Source: a virus
Lineage: Duplodnaviria > Caudoviricetes
DNA: 33,440 bases
IMG/VR virus record: IMGVR_UViG_3300005611_000114
Coordinates: 1 to 33,440 of that record
Direction: 5' to 3' (one strand)
Below the pieces are notes generated by a model. It was not told the DNA's origin. It made no database searches and was given only the letters and a program-made list of their open reading frames with translations. This document shows, one piece after another, positions 1-9,570 of this stretch (positions are counted from its first letter, which is position 1; each line of letters opens with the position of its first letter). Made by a program: the position numbers and the translations under genes.

Positions 1-995
1 ACGTTATATTTAAAGACATACCAAATTTTAAAAGCACGATAGATGACTTTTTAAAAATTAATACCAATTTTAAAGCTGAGAAACTAGCTAGGATATCAGC
101 AGATTTAAACTCCAAAGAGTTTGCTCAAGCTTTAAAAAGATTTACCGACGCTGAAAATATAGCAGCCTTAGAAAAATCAGATAGATTTTTAACTAGAGTA
201 TCTAGCGCAAGTCCCGACGAAGTAATTAATACTTTGTTTAGAAATGGCCAAGCAGATAATATCGCAAAGATGAAAGCAATTGTTGATCCAGATACATTTC
301 AAAAAGTCCAACAAGAAGGTATGCGCGATTTGATGAGGTTAACCTCTGGACCTGGAACAAGAGTAGACGAGGTATTTAATCCCGAGGCCTTAGAAAGAGC
401 TTTAAACTCTAAAGGCGATAACGTCCTTAACGAAATGTTTGGTAAAGAAACCACTCAAAGTTTGAGAGCTTTGGTCAGGGATTTAAGGGTAATGACTCAA
501 CCAGAAAAAGGCGGAGCTGGTACTTTGATTGCTGGAGCAATTGCTGTTAACGCATTTAACTTAGCGATGCTTCCAACTGTAGCAAAATTAGGTGTTATTG
601 GTATGGTTATGAGACAGCCTGCTGTTGTTAGAAGATTAGCTAAATCAGACGCTGAAAGTGTAAATGTGGTTTACCAAGCATTTAAAGATGCTTTAAGATT
701 ATATGCTCCGATGGAAATAACTGGACAAACAATAGATGCAAGCAGAGATATTGGATCAGCTACAGCTGAAGGAATAAGTCAACTAACCGAAGACTCTAAT
801 CTAGGAGCCATATCACAACAATTAGGCACAGAACTTCAAACCACAAGTCGCACACTCCCGAAACTTCCAAATTTAACAGCATCCGCACAATTGCCACAAG
901 TACAACCTGTTGCAGGCGGGATTATGAGTCCTAGTATTTTAGGATATAACAGAGCAAACGAAGATATAGCTAGAAGATTATCAAACATAGTTTAA
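1..995 (+). CDS. 3' part of a large putative internal virion/ejection protein (5'-truncated by the window)
   Basis: The frame of ORF 234..995 is open back to position 3 (VIFKDIPNFK...), so TTG 234 is not the real start. It has a hydrophobic Gly/Ala segment (GAGTLIAGAIAVNAFNLAML) and converges on the replication module. Confidence 0.6.
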   Translation, partial: VIFKDIPNFKSTIDDFLKINTNFKAEKLARISADLNSKEFAQALKRFTDAENIAALEKSDRFLTRVSSASPDEVINTLFRNGQADNIAKMKAIVDPDTFQKVQQEGMRDLMRLTSGPGTRVDEVFNPEALERALNSKGDNVLNEMFGKETTQSLRALVRDLRVMTQPEKGGAGTLIAGAIAVNAFNLAMLPTVAKLGVIGMVMRQPAVVRRLAKSDAESVNVVYQAFKDALRLYAPMEITGQTIDASRDIGSATAEGISQLTEDSNLGAISQQLGTELQTTSRTLPKLPNLTASAQLPQVQPVAGGIMSPSILGYNRANEDIARRLSNIV

Positions 996-1405
996 CTTTT
1001 AATTAAATAAAGATCCCAGTTATTTCTTAACACTTCCAACCAGTCTTCGATTGGCATAACTGCTACCTTATCGTTATCTTCATCCCACTCAGGATTAATT
1101 GCATACAAAGGAACGCAAACCCGAATAGGTTTACGATTGTATTTAAAAATTAAAACAGGGATACGGCCGTCTGTCGCTTTGCAGACTTGATCCCACCAAC
1201 CTTGTTGATACCAATCCCCCTCTTTGTAAAACTTGCACTCTACGGCGTGATGAGGAATGTTTATATCGCAAAGATCTTTAGATTGATATTGGTCTAGGTT
1301 ACGCTTGCAAACGTAGTCAATACCTTCAGACTCAAAAAACTCGTTTAATATTTTAGCAACGTCTCTTTCAAACGTCGCTCCCTTTGTTCTTGAGTTGATC
1401 GGCAT
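992..1405 (-). CDS. Holliday junction resolvase-like PD-(D/E)xK nuclease
   Basis: N-terminal SRTKGATFER, then D...AVECK, typical of Hjc-like phage resolvases. Confidence 0.75.
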   Translation of the reverse strand: MPINSRTKGATFERDVAKILNEFFESEGIDYVCKRNLDQYQSKDLCDINIPHHAVECKFYKEGDWYQQGWWDQVCKATDGRIPVLIFKYNRKPIRVCVPLYAINPEWDEDNDKVAVMPIEDWLEVLRNNWDLYLIKS

Positions 1406-1532
1406 CCTTCTTCTCCTTTAAAGTTCTTTCTTTCATTAGTAACTCTAGCTCATGCCAGCGATACATTCTTTTGTTTACATGATCCCAAAACCACCCTTTA
1501 TAATCGTGCAGCTTTTCCATTGGGTCTTCCAT
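1368..1532 (-). CDS. 54-aa microprotein (MEDPMEKLHDYKGWFWDHVNKRMYRWHELELLMKER...), paralog of 26864..27016
   Basis: Absent from the ORF track; translated by hand. ATG overlaps the upstream stop. The paralog differs at many synonymous positions. Confidence 0.75.
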   Translation of the reverse strand: MEDPMEKLHDYKGWFWDHVNKRMYRWHELELLMKERTLKEKKDADQLKNKGSDV

Positions 1533-2023
1533 TACTTATCCTTTTTGTAGTTGTTAACTAAACCCATTTCTTCTCTATCAAAACCTAATGGATGAGGAGA
1601 TAAACACTCTAGCTCATCTTTACTGAAATGAATGTAAGGTTCTGAGTCTTCTTCATAAACAGGTTCTGCAATTGTACCAAATCTTACATCGTATATGTGA
1701 TCTCTTTTCCAAGTATGACTATAAACGCTATCTGTCATTGCATACACAATAACGAATGGTTGATTGGTAGCTAAAGATAGAGCTGAACCCATTCTAAGCT
1801 TGCTAGCAGAAAGTAATAAAGTGTCATACTTGGTAATACCAAAAGTTCTGCATTTTACTTCTAACCAAAAAGAAACTTCTCTTGATTCACACCAGTAATC
1901 TAAGCCGTAGCTGACTGGTAGTTTATGGCATCTAACATTCCAAAGGCCTTCTATAAAACCAGCGACACGTTCTTCGCGTTTTTGGTCATTGATGTTTTCC
2001 ATTTTTGGTTTTGGCTTATCCAT
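1532..2023 (-). CDS. PD-(D/E)xK-like nuclease / hypothetical protein
   Basis: YGLDY...WLEVKCR motif. Start re-assigned to ATG 2023 (MDKPKPK), which follows AGGAG. Confidence 0.6.
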   Translation of the reverse strand: MDKPKPKMENINDQKREERVAGFIEGLWNVRCHKLPVSYGLDYWCESREVSFWLEVKCRTFGITKYDTLLLSASKLRMGSALSLATNQPFVIVYAMTDSVYSHTWKRDHIYDVRFGTIAEPVYEEDSEPYIHFSKDELECLSPHPLGFDREEMGLVNNYKKDK

Positions 2024-2237
2024 TGATCTCTCCTTTTTTAAATGCAATACGCACACAATATTTGCGAACAATTGCAACAAGTGTAAATACTGTTGTTTGA
2101 ACAACAGATGTGGTTAACAAGCTAACATTAAAATAATTACATAGATTAAGAACAAGAAAAGATAAAGGTAAAGCTATCACCATGCCAACAGCTACATCGC
2201 TAAGACTTTCTTTTAAAGCTGGTTTATCAATCTTCAT
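2016..2237 (-). CDS. small two-TM membrane protein
   Basis: Two hydrophobic helices (ESLSDVAVGMVIALPLSFLVL; SVVQTTVFTLVAIVRKY). Start re-assigned to MKIDK, which overlaps the primase end. Confidence 0.6.
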   Translation of the reverse strand: MKIDKPALKESLSDVAVGMVIALPLSFLVLNLCNYFNVSLLTTSVVQTTVFTLVAIVRKYCVRIAFKKGEING

Positions 2238-4350
2238 TAAAAAATTCTGGATCAATCGCAACAATACGTTTAGTTGGTCGCCCAGTTCCTTTTGCTCTTA
2301 AATCTTTTTCTTGTATCTCCCCTGAGTTTTTTAATCTTTCAATAATTTCTTTTACTTCGTATGACTTCATTGATCTAAATATTTCACGTCTATCAATATC
2401 ACGTTTGCTTATACCCCATTCTCCTTGCGATCTAATAAAGCTAAGTATTTGTTTAATACGCCCTTCCATTTCAGAACCTGCAACTTTATCTTTACAGCTT
2501 TCAATTAACACTTGATCGTAGTAATAAACATAATCAATTGCCCATTGAGTAATATCTCCCCTAATAGTTTTAGCTTTGCGATCATCTGCCAAAGCTCCAA
2601 TCAAAGCTAGTCGCATAGCTTTTTCTCTTGTTCTAGATAACAAAACCTCAAGACCTTCTTTCTCTAAAGCATTTTGTTGGTCTACTAGCTTGTAAGCTAG
2701 ACTATCTAGCAAAGCATTAGAATCATCATCAAACTTCAACACTCTCTGTTTAAAATCTAGCTCAGCATTGTCTCTAGATATTTGTTCCATTTCATTATCA
2801 ACTTGCCTTACATGTGAAACCCAGTTGTATGTGGATTGCGGAGGCTCGACAAAAGAAACCATTTTACCGACAGTTCTTGGCACGTGAGACTCAACAACAA
2901 TAAATCTATTTAAGAAACCGTCTACAATACGGCCTGTTGATAAAGCGCCGTAAAAGTTTTTAGGCACACTCATACCGACCAAGGTAATCGCAGGTTTAAT
3001 CGTTGATCTATCCAACACTTCTTTTTGCTGTTTATTGGTCAGCGTCATCATTGAATAGTTATCTGGTCTTAGAACGCCATGACATCTTCCCCAAGTCTCC
3101 ATAAGTATTTGCAAAGCATCTTCTTTGTTTGAGTTAGAAGATTTAGATATGCTTTCCAATCTTTTACCAAACTCATCCATTACAGTTATATGAGTTGGCT
3201 TATATCTAAGTAAACTATAAATAGCTCCACTTGAGGTGTAGCCATCTCCTGCCATTAAGTCGCTGTACTCTGCATGATCTAAAATAGTTTCAACAACTGT
3301 TTTAACATTTTCTTTACCTTGACCAGACTTAGCGATACACATAAAGAACAAAGATGAAAAGTTATTCATATTGGTTCTATACATTCTGCCCAAGGCTACC
3401 GAACCTAAAGACAAAGCTGCTTGCATGCTAATAGCTGGTTGAGAAATATGTGCTATCTGTTCTGAGTATTCGTAAATATCTTTTAAAACCCCTGGAGGAG
3501 AAAAAAGATTAACAGGTTCATTTACACTTTTGGTTGTTGATATGTAAGCTGGAGCTTGTTGGTTTTTTCTGTCATGAGTTTTTTGAATTGAATTAACTGT
3601 TGTAGATATTTCAGACCTTGATAAAGGTGGTTTGTTTTGTTCGTTCCAAGACTGAACAAAGAATTCTGTAAACTCTGTATTCAAACCTTTGGCGATTAAA
3701 TAACCAGCAAGTCTAGCGGCTTGGTCATTTCTACCACCTTCTGATATACCATCAATAGATAAAGGCGCAGCTATTGGCTGACCGTTAAGTTTCTCAACTC
3801 CCGTTATTTTTACCCATAAATCCTGAGTTAGATTTGGTAAGTCATCAATATCGTTTAGATCCCAATCATCAATTTTTGTAGGAGTATAGATAGCACCTGT
3901 CGCATGAATATTATGCGGAGCAACAATCAAACCCCCGACACCTCTAATATCAATTAGCTTAGCTGGGTCATAGCCTTCAGTTCTTTTAGCTACCCAAGTA
4001 GTAAAGTTTTCTGGATTGTTATAATAGTAATGAACCCCTTTGCCTGTCGCTACTTTAAAAGGTGTTATGGGTAAGTTGGCTTCACACCAGTTTACGGCTT
4101 CAGGTGTGTCTGCATCTATAACAATAAATTTACCGCAGACTAAAGCAACGACTAGATCATCTCGCCCCTTAAACCATTTCTCAATTTCTTCCGTCGTCGG
4201 CTGTCGCTCTTGAAACTTTTGCCATCCACCTAATTCTTTAGGCGGAACTTTATTATGTCTATGTAGTGGTACTACGCTTATGCCGTATTCTGCATAAGCC
4301 AGAGCTAAGTCCAACGCAGAATCTTGCGCTGTTACTTGTAAATTGAACAC
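2227..4350 (-). CDS. bifunctional DNA primase/polymerase with PriCT and C-terminal helicase-like (DUF3987-type) domain
   Basis: Prim-Pol motifs (ALAYAEYGISVVPL, VIDAD, TGKGVHYYY, DIRGVGG), PriCT-1-like EGGRNDQAARLAG, P-loop-like AKSGQGKE and MDEFG, DGFLNRF. Confidence 0.85.
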   Translation of the reverse strand: MFNLQVTAQDSALDLALAYAEYGISVVPLHRHNKVPPKELGGWQKFQERQPTTEEIEKWFKGRDDLVVALVCGKFIVIDADTPEAVNWCEANLPITPFKVATGKGVHYYYNNPENFTTWVAKRTEGYDPAKLIDIRGVGGLIVAPHNIHATGAIYTPTKIDDWDLNDIDDLPNLTQDLWVKITGVEKLNGQPIAAPLSIDGISEGGRNDQAARLAGYLIAKGLNTEFTEFFVQSWNEQNKPPLSRSEISTTVNSIQKTHDRKNQQAPAYISTTKSVNEPVNLFSPPGVLKDIYEYSEQIAHISQPAISMQAALSLGSVALGRMYRTNMNNFSSLFFMCIAKSGQGKENVKTVVETILDHAEYSDLMAGDGYTSSGAIYSLLRYKPTHITVMDEFGKRLESISKSSNSNKEDALQILMETWGRCHGVLRPDNYSMMTLTNKQQKEVLDRSTIKPAITLVGMSVPKNFYGALSTGRIVDGFLNRFIVVESHVPRTVGKMVSFVEPPQSTYNWVSHVRQVDNEMEQISRDNAELDFKQRVLKFDDDSNALLDSLAYKLVDQQNALEKEGLEVLLSRTREKAMRLALIGALADDRKAKTIRGDITQWAIDYVYYYDQVLIESCKDKVAGSEMEGRIKQILSFIRSQGEWGISKRDIDRREIFRSMKSYEVKEIIERLKNSGEIQEKDLRAKGTGRPTKRIVAIDPEFFNED

Positions 4351-4352
4351 TA

Positions 4353-4718
4353 TTAGTCTTCGCCATTCTCTTCGATAGGGCCAAAGATAGATTCAAAGTC
4401 TAGCTTGCCGCCAGATGCTTTGATAATTTTTTTGGCTTGTTTAATTGAAGGTTGTCTTAAACCATACCTCCAAGCTTTAGTTGATGCGGGAGAGCAGTCA
4501 AATAATTCTGCCGCAGGCTCAGTCCCAATAAATTCTATATACTTCTTTAAAGTTATTCTTTGCACTTCCCTCTCCTTATGTTCAGGTTCTAGATTTTTTG
4601 TTTTAAATGATTTAAGCTCTTCATTCGTAAGGTTTTTCAACCTCCAGAGATAATTCACTCTCCATTGATTTTGGTCTACTTCTCTCATTTTACATTCCGT
4701 TAAATATTTAATGTTCAC
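4353..4718 (-). CDS. Cro/CI-like helix-turn-helix regulator
   Basis: TLKKYIEFIGTEPAAELFDCSPASTKAWRYGLRQPS has HTH pattern. The true start may be downstream. Confidence 0.65.
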   Translation of the reverse strand: MNIKYLTECKMREVDQNQWRVNYLWRLKNLTNEELKSFKTKNLEPEHKEREVQRITLKKYIEFIGTEPAAELFDCSPASTKAWRYGLRQPSIKQAKKIIKASGGKLDFESIFGPIEENGED

Positions 4719-4780
4719 ACATTGTAATTCATATTAAAATAAATTAAAATAGTATTTTTAAATAAAACGGAGAAGATTAA

Positions 4781-5491
4781 ATGTCTGATATTTTAAGTAG
4801 AATTGTAAGTCCTAGTGAATTGGTTGAAAACCAAGGCGCTAAGATTTTAATGTATGGTGCATCTGGAGCTGGTAAAACAACGACATGTGCAACTGCTCCT
4901 GGAAAAACTTTAATCATTAGTATGGAAGCTGGTTTGTTATCTATTAAAGATGCAAACAATGTTACTGCTATTGAAGTTAAAGAAGCTTCAGAGATTGAGG
5001 AAATTGCTGCAATGCTTGAAAGCGGAGAGCTTGATTACGATACTGTCTGTTTAGACAGCGTAACCGAGATGTCTGAGCTTTTATTAGCACAAGAAAAAGC
5101 AAGGTCCAAAGATCCTCGACAAGCTTATGGTGAAGTTATTAATGTAATGACTAGAACAATGCGTAGATTTAGAGATCTAAAGATGCACGTTATTTTTGTT
5201 GCTAAAGAAGATAAACTTCGCGACGAAGCAACAGGTATGTTTCATTATCAACCTATGATGGTTGGTGCTAAACTACCTACCCAAATTCCTTACTTCTTTG
5301 ATGAAGTGTTATGTCTTAGGACTTTCACCGAAGAAAATGATGAAGGGAAAAAAGTAACCAATCGTTGGTTGCAAACAGTTCTTGGTGATAACTATATTGC
5401 TAAGGATAGGAGTGGCAAGCTAGATTCTTTTGAAGAGCCTAACTTGACACATATTATTAATAAACTTGGATTTTCAAAAGGAGAAAAATAA
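4781..5491 (+). CDS. Sak4-like AAA_24 ATPase (ssDNA annealing/recombination)
   Basis: Walker A YGASGAGKTT, Walker B VCLDSVTE, C-terminal AKDRSGKL; adjacent to SSB. Confidence 0.85.
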   Translation: MSDILSRIVSPSELVENQGAKILMYGASGAGKTTTCATAPGKTLIISMEAGLLSIKDANNVTAIEVKEASEIEEIAAMLESGELDYDTVCLDSVTEMSELLLAQEKARSKDPRQAYGEVINVMTRTMRRFRDLKMHVIFVAKEDKLRDEATGMFHYQPMMVGAKLPTQIPYFFDEVLCLRTFTEENDEGKKVTNRWLQTVLGDNYIAKDRSGKLDSFEEPNLTHIINKLGFSKGEK

Positions 5492-6006
5492 TGAGCGATT
5501 TTGCAGACGTCAAGTTTGATTTTGAAGCGAGTAGTAGTAACGATTCATCTACTATTCCAGAAGGGGACTACCTAACAGAGATAAGCACATGCGAGAAGAC
5601 TACTTCTGCGGCAGGTAACGACTATCTCAAGTTAGAAGTCAAAGTATGCGGCGATAAATACAAAGGATGGATTGCTAGAGACAATCTAAACCTTTGGTAC
5701 ACTAACTCTGATTCTGAGAAACAGGAAATGGTTAGAGAGATAGCCTCTAGAAAGTTTTCTAGTTTGGTTAAAGCTGTAGGAAGAAAAGACAACCCGCCTA
5801 CTAACGCTGGCGAACTGGTTGGTAATAAAGTGATATGTTCTTTTGGTATTGAAAAAAGTAAAAATCCTGATTACCCTGATGATAAAAATATTATCAAGGC
5901 TTTTAAACCATTGGAAAAGATGTCGCCTAAACAAGCAGACGACACTCCAGCTTGGGTAACAGAAGGAACTTCTGAAGCCAAAGCTCCAGCTAAACCGAGC
6001 TTGTAA
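5491..6006 (+). CDS. DUF669-like single-stranded DNA-binding protein
   Basis: TIPEGDY...YLKLEVKV...YKG pattern, flexible acidic tail with PAW, coupled to the Sak4-like gene. Confidence 0.75.
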   Translation: MSDFADVKFDFEASSSNDSSTIPEGDYLTEISTCEKTTSAAGNDYLKLEVKVCGDKYKGWIARDNLNLWYTNSDSEKQEMVREIASRKFSSLVKAVGRKDNPPTNAGELVGNKVICSFGIEKSKNPDYPDDKNIIKAFKPLEKMSPKQADDTPAWVTEGTSEAKAPAKPSL

Positions 6007-6017
6007 TTATAGGGTGT

Positions 6018-6078
6018 TGCTAGGACGCCCAAAGGGTATAATCTCCCCCCATTAGATACTTATATACCTACCTAGCAC
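6018..6078. terminator. long imperfect stem-loop between convergent genes
   Basis: TGCTAGG/CCTAGCA outer stem, GGTATA/TATACC and ATCT/AGAT inner stems. Confidence 0.45.
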
Positions 6079-6079
6079 C

Positions 6080-6289
6080 TTAATGAATGGTTAGACTTAC
6101 GTGATGCGTAGGATCTAATTCGCTAACATCTAGAATTTTTCCAAAACTATAATTGTCGCTGTCTTCCATAGAACGCAGCAAAGCAAATAACTCTGCGGTA
6201 TCAGAGTTTCTGGCCTGCAACACAACCATATGAAGGTTGCTGTCTACCTCGTAGACGCACAGATATTGAGGAATGCTAGGAAATAACAT
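6080..6289 (-). CDS. hypothetical protein
   Basis: ORF track; start re-assigned to ATG 6289 (MLFPSIP) to avoid overlap. Confidence 0.5.
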   Translation of the reverse strand: MLFPSIPQYLCVYEVDSNLHMVVLQARNSDTAELFALLRSMEDSDNYSFGKILDVSELDPTHHVSLTIH

Positions 6290-6311
6290 ACCTATAATCC
6301 TAGCATAATTT

Positions 6312-6587
6312 TTATTGATCGTTGACGTATAAAGCAATCATTGCATAGTGAATGATTTTAAGGAGCTCTTTTTTCTTATCGTCTTTTTTGCCATAACGCA
6401 TGGCATATTTCATTATATTGCCAATACAAAAACCCTCGCCAAAGCCAGCATCTACAATCATATCCGTAGCCTGGTACTTGCCCTTGGCATAGTGCTGATT
6501 GTAGGTACTGTCTATATAATTTTTTAACTCAGCAAGAGATATATCTTCTTTAAACTTGTAGTCAATAGAAGTTTTTTTGTCGTACAT
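6312..6587 (-). CDS. DUF3310-like protein
   Basis: HY...GFCIGNIMKYAMRYGKK...LLKIIHY motif. Confidence 0.75.
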   Translation of the reverse strand: MYDKKTSIDYKFKEDISLAELKNYIDSTYNQHYAKGKYQATDMIVDAGFGEGFCIGNIMKYAMRYGKKDDKKKELLKIIHYAMIALYVNDQ

Positions 6588-6588
6588 T

Positions 6589-7425
6589 TTATAAAGTTAA
6601 GGTAACAATATTAGGCGAGTTATAAATAGATAAATGACCGCCGTCTGAATGATTTTTATACGACTCTAAAAAGCCTTCCATCTTCTCCCAACCAAGATTC
6701 ATCTGCTCTTCTGAGATAATAAATACTTTAGATGCGTAAGGGTAAACTTTTTCTTGAGCAACAAAAACAAACTCTTTAAGTTTGAATCCAGCTTTCTCCA
6801 TACCCCTACGATACCAAGCAGCCTGCATATCATAGCCATACTTCTTAACCGAATAAGCAAACTCTACTGGGTCGCATGATTGAGTGGTTTTGTAATCGAC
6901 TACACATATGGCGTTGTCTGGGTATGGACTTTGGACTGGCGGACAAATAATATCTGGGCGACACTTACAAAGAACTTCACCCTCATACCAGTAAAAACTA
7001 GCTTCTGCTACTTTGCCTTCAGCGTTAAGGTAGATGTTGCCTTCTTCAATCATATGTTCTTTCATACCCTTGATTGCTGTCATTTCAGCTTCTTTAATAA
7101 CTGTTAGGCCGCGCTCTTCATATTCTCTTTTAAGATCTTTGTTAGCATTGGTATAAGGAGAACCCATAACAACTGCAACTGTTTGATTAAAGGCTTCTTC
7201 ACCCTCTACCAGCAAAGCATGGGCAGCTGTACCAAAGTTCATAGCAGGAGTTGTCTCTTGGACTCTCTCTACCGCATGCAGTTGCGATTTGCCAAAGGCT
7301 CTAATCTTACTGCTGCTTACTCCGACCCCTGCATGGTAGACAGGGTTAGGTATATCTGAGAACACCAGGGTGTCGCCCTTTTGCTCAGACTCAAATTCTT
7401 TTAGTTCTTCTATTATCATATTCAT
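6589..7425 (-). CDS. PD-(D/E)xK exonuclease (RecE/exonuclease VIII, DUF3799-like)
   Basis: YHAGVGVSSS, FGTAAHALLVE, CKCRPD, VDYKTT, YDMQAAWY motifs. Confidence 0.85.
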   Translation of the reverse strand: MNMIIEELKEFESEQKGDTLVFSDIPNPVYHAGVGVSSSKIRAFGKSQLHAVERVQETTPAMNFGTAAHALLVEGEEAFNQTVAVVMGSPYTNANKDLKREYEERGLTVIKEAEMTAIKGMKEHMIEEGNIYLNAEGKVAEASFYWYEGEVLCKCRPDIICPPVQSPYPDNAICVVDYKTTQSCDPVEFAYSVKKYGYDMQAAWYRRGMEKAGFKLKEFVFVAQEKVYPYASKVFIISEEQMNLGWEKMEGFLESYKNHSDGGHLSIYNSPNIVTLTL

Positions 7426-7702
7426 ACTCCAAAATCATCGTTTGCACGACACTATCATTTAGCATTGGCTTAGGCCAATACCGCAACTTGTTGTATAAGT
7501 TTAGCATGTTGTCTTCAAAAGACAGTCGCTTGTTATACATAGGGTTTCCTATTGAATCCCAAAAATCTTCTATTTGTTCTAAACAATCTCTACCACCGCC
7601 AACATATTTTAATTCTGCTTCTGTATAGTCATAGGGAATAAACATAAAATCTCCCGTCTCTTTTCTAAATGGATAACAACGTGTTGGCTTACCTATCTGC
7701 AT
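7391..7702 (-). CDS. hypothetical protein
   Basis: 103-aa ORF overlapping both neighbours in the operon. Confidence 0.55.
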   Translation of the reverse strand: MQIGKPTRCYPFRKETGDFMFIPYDYTEAELKYVGGGRDCLEQIEDFWDSIGNPMYNKRLSFEDNMLNLYNKLRYWPKPMLNDSVVQTMILEYEYDNRRTKRI

Positions 7703-9302
7703 ACATATGATTGACGATATTGGGGAACTTACCCGAATAATCGACTTTAATTAAATCTGGCTTATTGACTTCAGTTTGTCTAAACAAGGCTTCGTCTACT
7801 GTAGCGGGCGGCGATCTGCGTAAGCTATCACCACTTACCATTTTGTTCCACCAAGCCACAGCTTTCTCTCTTGCATAGCCTGAGTGCTCAAAACAGATGT
7901 ATTCACTAATAATTTTATTGGGCGTCTTGTAGCTGACTTTTAATACAGGTAAAGGCTTACCTTGTTTCTGATGATTACCAAACCACATGCTGATAACCTT
8001 GGTATCGTAGCGTTCTTTTTTAGCTGTATTAGAAATAATATCTAACTTAGATGCAACCAAATCTAACTCTAGCTTACGCATAGGGTAGACATAGCCACAA
8101 TCTGGACAGGTGGTTACAGCTTTAGGCACATACGATTGACATTCTGGACAGCTCTTAACAAGCGCTTGACCCGTTCTTTTACGTTTGCCTTTTTGATTGG
8201 GTGCTATTTGATTGATAGGACCATGACGTTCAATATTCTTAGCAAAGTCTAGAATCAAACAATCTTTCTTGCCTTCTGCTATACGCATGCCCCGACCCAT
8301 CATTTGTACATATAAGCCTGGTGAATGTGTAGGACGCAGCATTATAATTAAATCTGTATTCGGCGCATCAAATCCTGTTGTCAATACATCACAATTAACC
8401 AAAGCTCTGATCTTACCAGCTTTGTAGTCAATTATTAGTTGATCTCTTTCTGTTGGGCTTGTATCTCCTGTTACCACGCGAGAGGTTATATTGTTTGAGT
8501 TTAAAATACTGCTAACCATTTTTGCATGATTAATACCAGCGCAGAATATAAGCCATTGTTTTCTGTTTGCGCCTTTAATTAAAACTTCTTGTATGGCTTT
8601 GTTGGTTCTACCGCTATCGTTCATCTTGGCTTGCAAGTCTGTTTGAATAAACTCTCCACCCCTTATACCCACATCATCTAATTCGTATTCAGTATCCATA
8701 CATTTAGTTACAAGAGGTGATAGGTAGCCATCTTCAATCAACCGAATAAAGTTATCACCGCTTCCAAAGTCTATTGCGACATCATCAAAAATAGATCCCT
8801 CACCTTCAGTCAACATGCCAGAGTTAAGTCGATACGGGGTAGCAGTAAACCCGACCACGCGTAAGTTTGGATTACGTTCTTTAAGGGCGACAACGAGGGA
8901 ACGATACATTCCCTCGCCGTCTTTTGGAACAAGATGCGCTTCATCAATAGCGAGGAGATCGAATAAGGGCAGTTGATCTACCTTGTTCCAAACTGATTGA
9001 AGCTGAGCATAGATAATATCGTTATCTGTATCTCTGCTTCCTAAGCTGTTGCCATACAAACCTATATCTCCATAAGGCCAAGCGTTTTGTAGCTTTTCGT
9101 AATTTTGAAAAAGTATTTCTTTAACGTGCGAAACAATTAAAGTTTTTTGTTTCTTCTGCTCGTTCATATGCAGCACAAAGTCTGCAATCACATGAGACTT
9201 ACCAGAACCTGTTGGCATAACAACTAAAGGATTGCCGTCTTCTATAGCAATATAGTTTTCTAGCGCATCCAAAGCTTCTTGTTGGTAATCTCTTAAAGGC
9301 AT
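7689..9302 (-). CDS. superfamily 2 DEAH helicase (RadD/YejH-like) with Zn finger
   Basis: Q motif LRDYQ, PTGSGKS, DEAH, TATP, TTGFD, QMMGRGMR, CPEC...CPDC. Confidence 0.9.
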   Translation of the reverse strand: MPLRDYQQEALDALENYIAIEDGNPLVVMPTGSGKSHVIADFVLHMNEQKKQKTLIVSHVKEILFQNYEKLQNAWPYGDIGLYGNSLGSRDTDNDIIYAQLQSVWNKVDQLPLFDLLAIDEAHLVPKDGEGMYRSLVVALKERNPNLRVVGFTATPYRLNSGMLTEGEGSIFDDVAIDFGSGDNFIRLIEDGYLSPLVTKCMDTEYELDDVGIRGGEFIQTDLQAKMNDSGRTNKAIQEVLIKGANRKQWLIFCAGINHAKMVSSILNSNNITSRVVTGDTSPTERDQLIIDYKAGKIRALVNCDVLTTGFDAPNTDLIIMLRPTHSPGLYVQMMGRGMRIAEGKKDCLILDFAKNIERHGPINQIAPNQKGKRKRTGQALVKSCPECQSYVPKAVTTCPDCGYVYPMRKLELDLVASKLDIISNTAKKERYDTKVISMWFGNHQKQGKPLPVLKVSYKTPNKIISEYICFEHSGYAREKAVAWWNKMVSGDSLRRSPPATVDEALFRQTEVNKPDLIKVDYSGKFPNIVNHMYADR

Positions 9303-9410
9303 TTATTTTTTTTTCTTTTTGGGAATAAATTTATTTATAACTTTAGATAACTTGCCAGATTTCATTATTCGATCCAGCTTATTTATTGTTTTATTTTTTT
9401 TGCTCTTCAT
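9303..9410 (-). CDS. 35-aa basic microprotein (MKSKKNKTINKLDRIMKSGKLSKVINKFIPKKKKK)
   Basis: Translated by hand; its stop abuts the helicase ATG (TAAATG). Confidence 0.45.
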   Translation of the reverse strand: MKSKKNKTINKLDRIMKSGKLSKVINKFIPKKKKK

Positions 9411-9570
9411 TTTTAAAATCAGTTTTGACTTCTTTGCCGCTCGCATATTTTATTTTTCTAAAATGTTCTCCAGCACCTCTTTGATATTCGTACCAAACTA
9501 TTTTTTTGTCGTCTTCTTCGGCTTGAAGTTTCTTTCTTTGTTTCTCTACACTTTTTTTATACTGAGTCAT
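9391..9570 (-). CDS. hypothetical protein
   Basis: ORF track; start re-assigned to ATG 9570 (MTQYKK). Confidence 0.55.
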   Translation of the reverse strand: MTQYKKSVEKQRKKLQAEEDDKKIVWYEYQRGAGEHFRKIKYASGKEVKTDFKNEEQKK

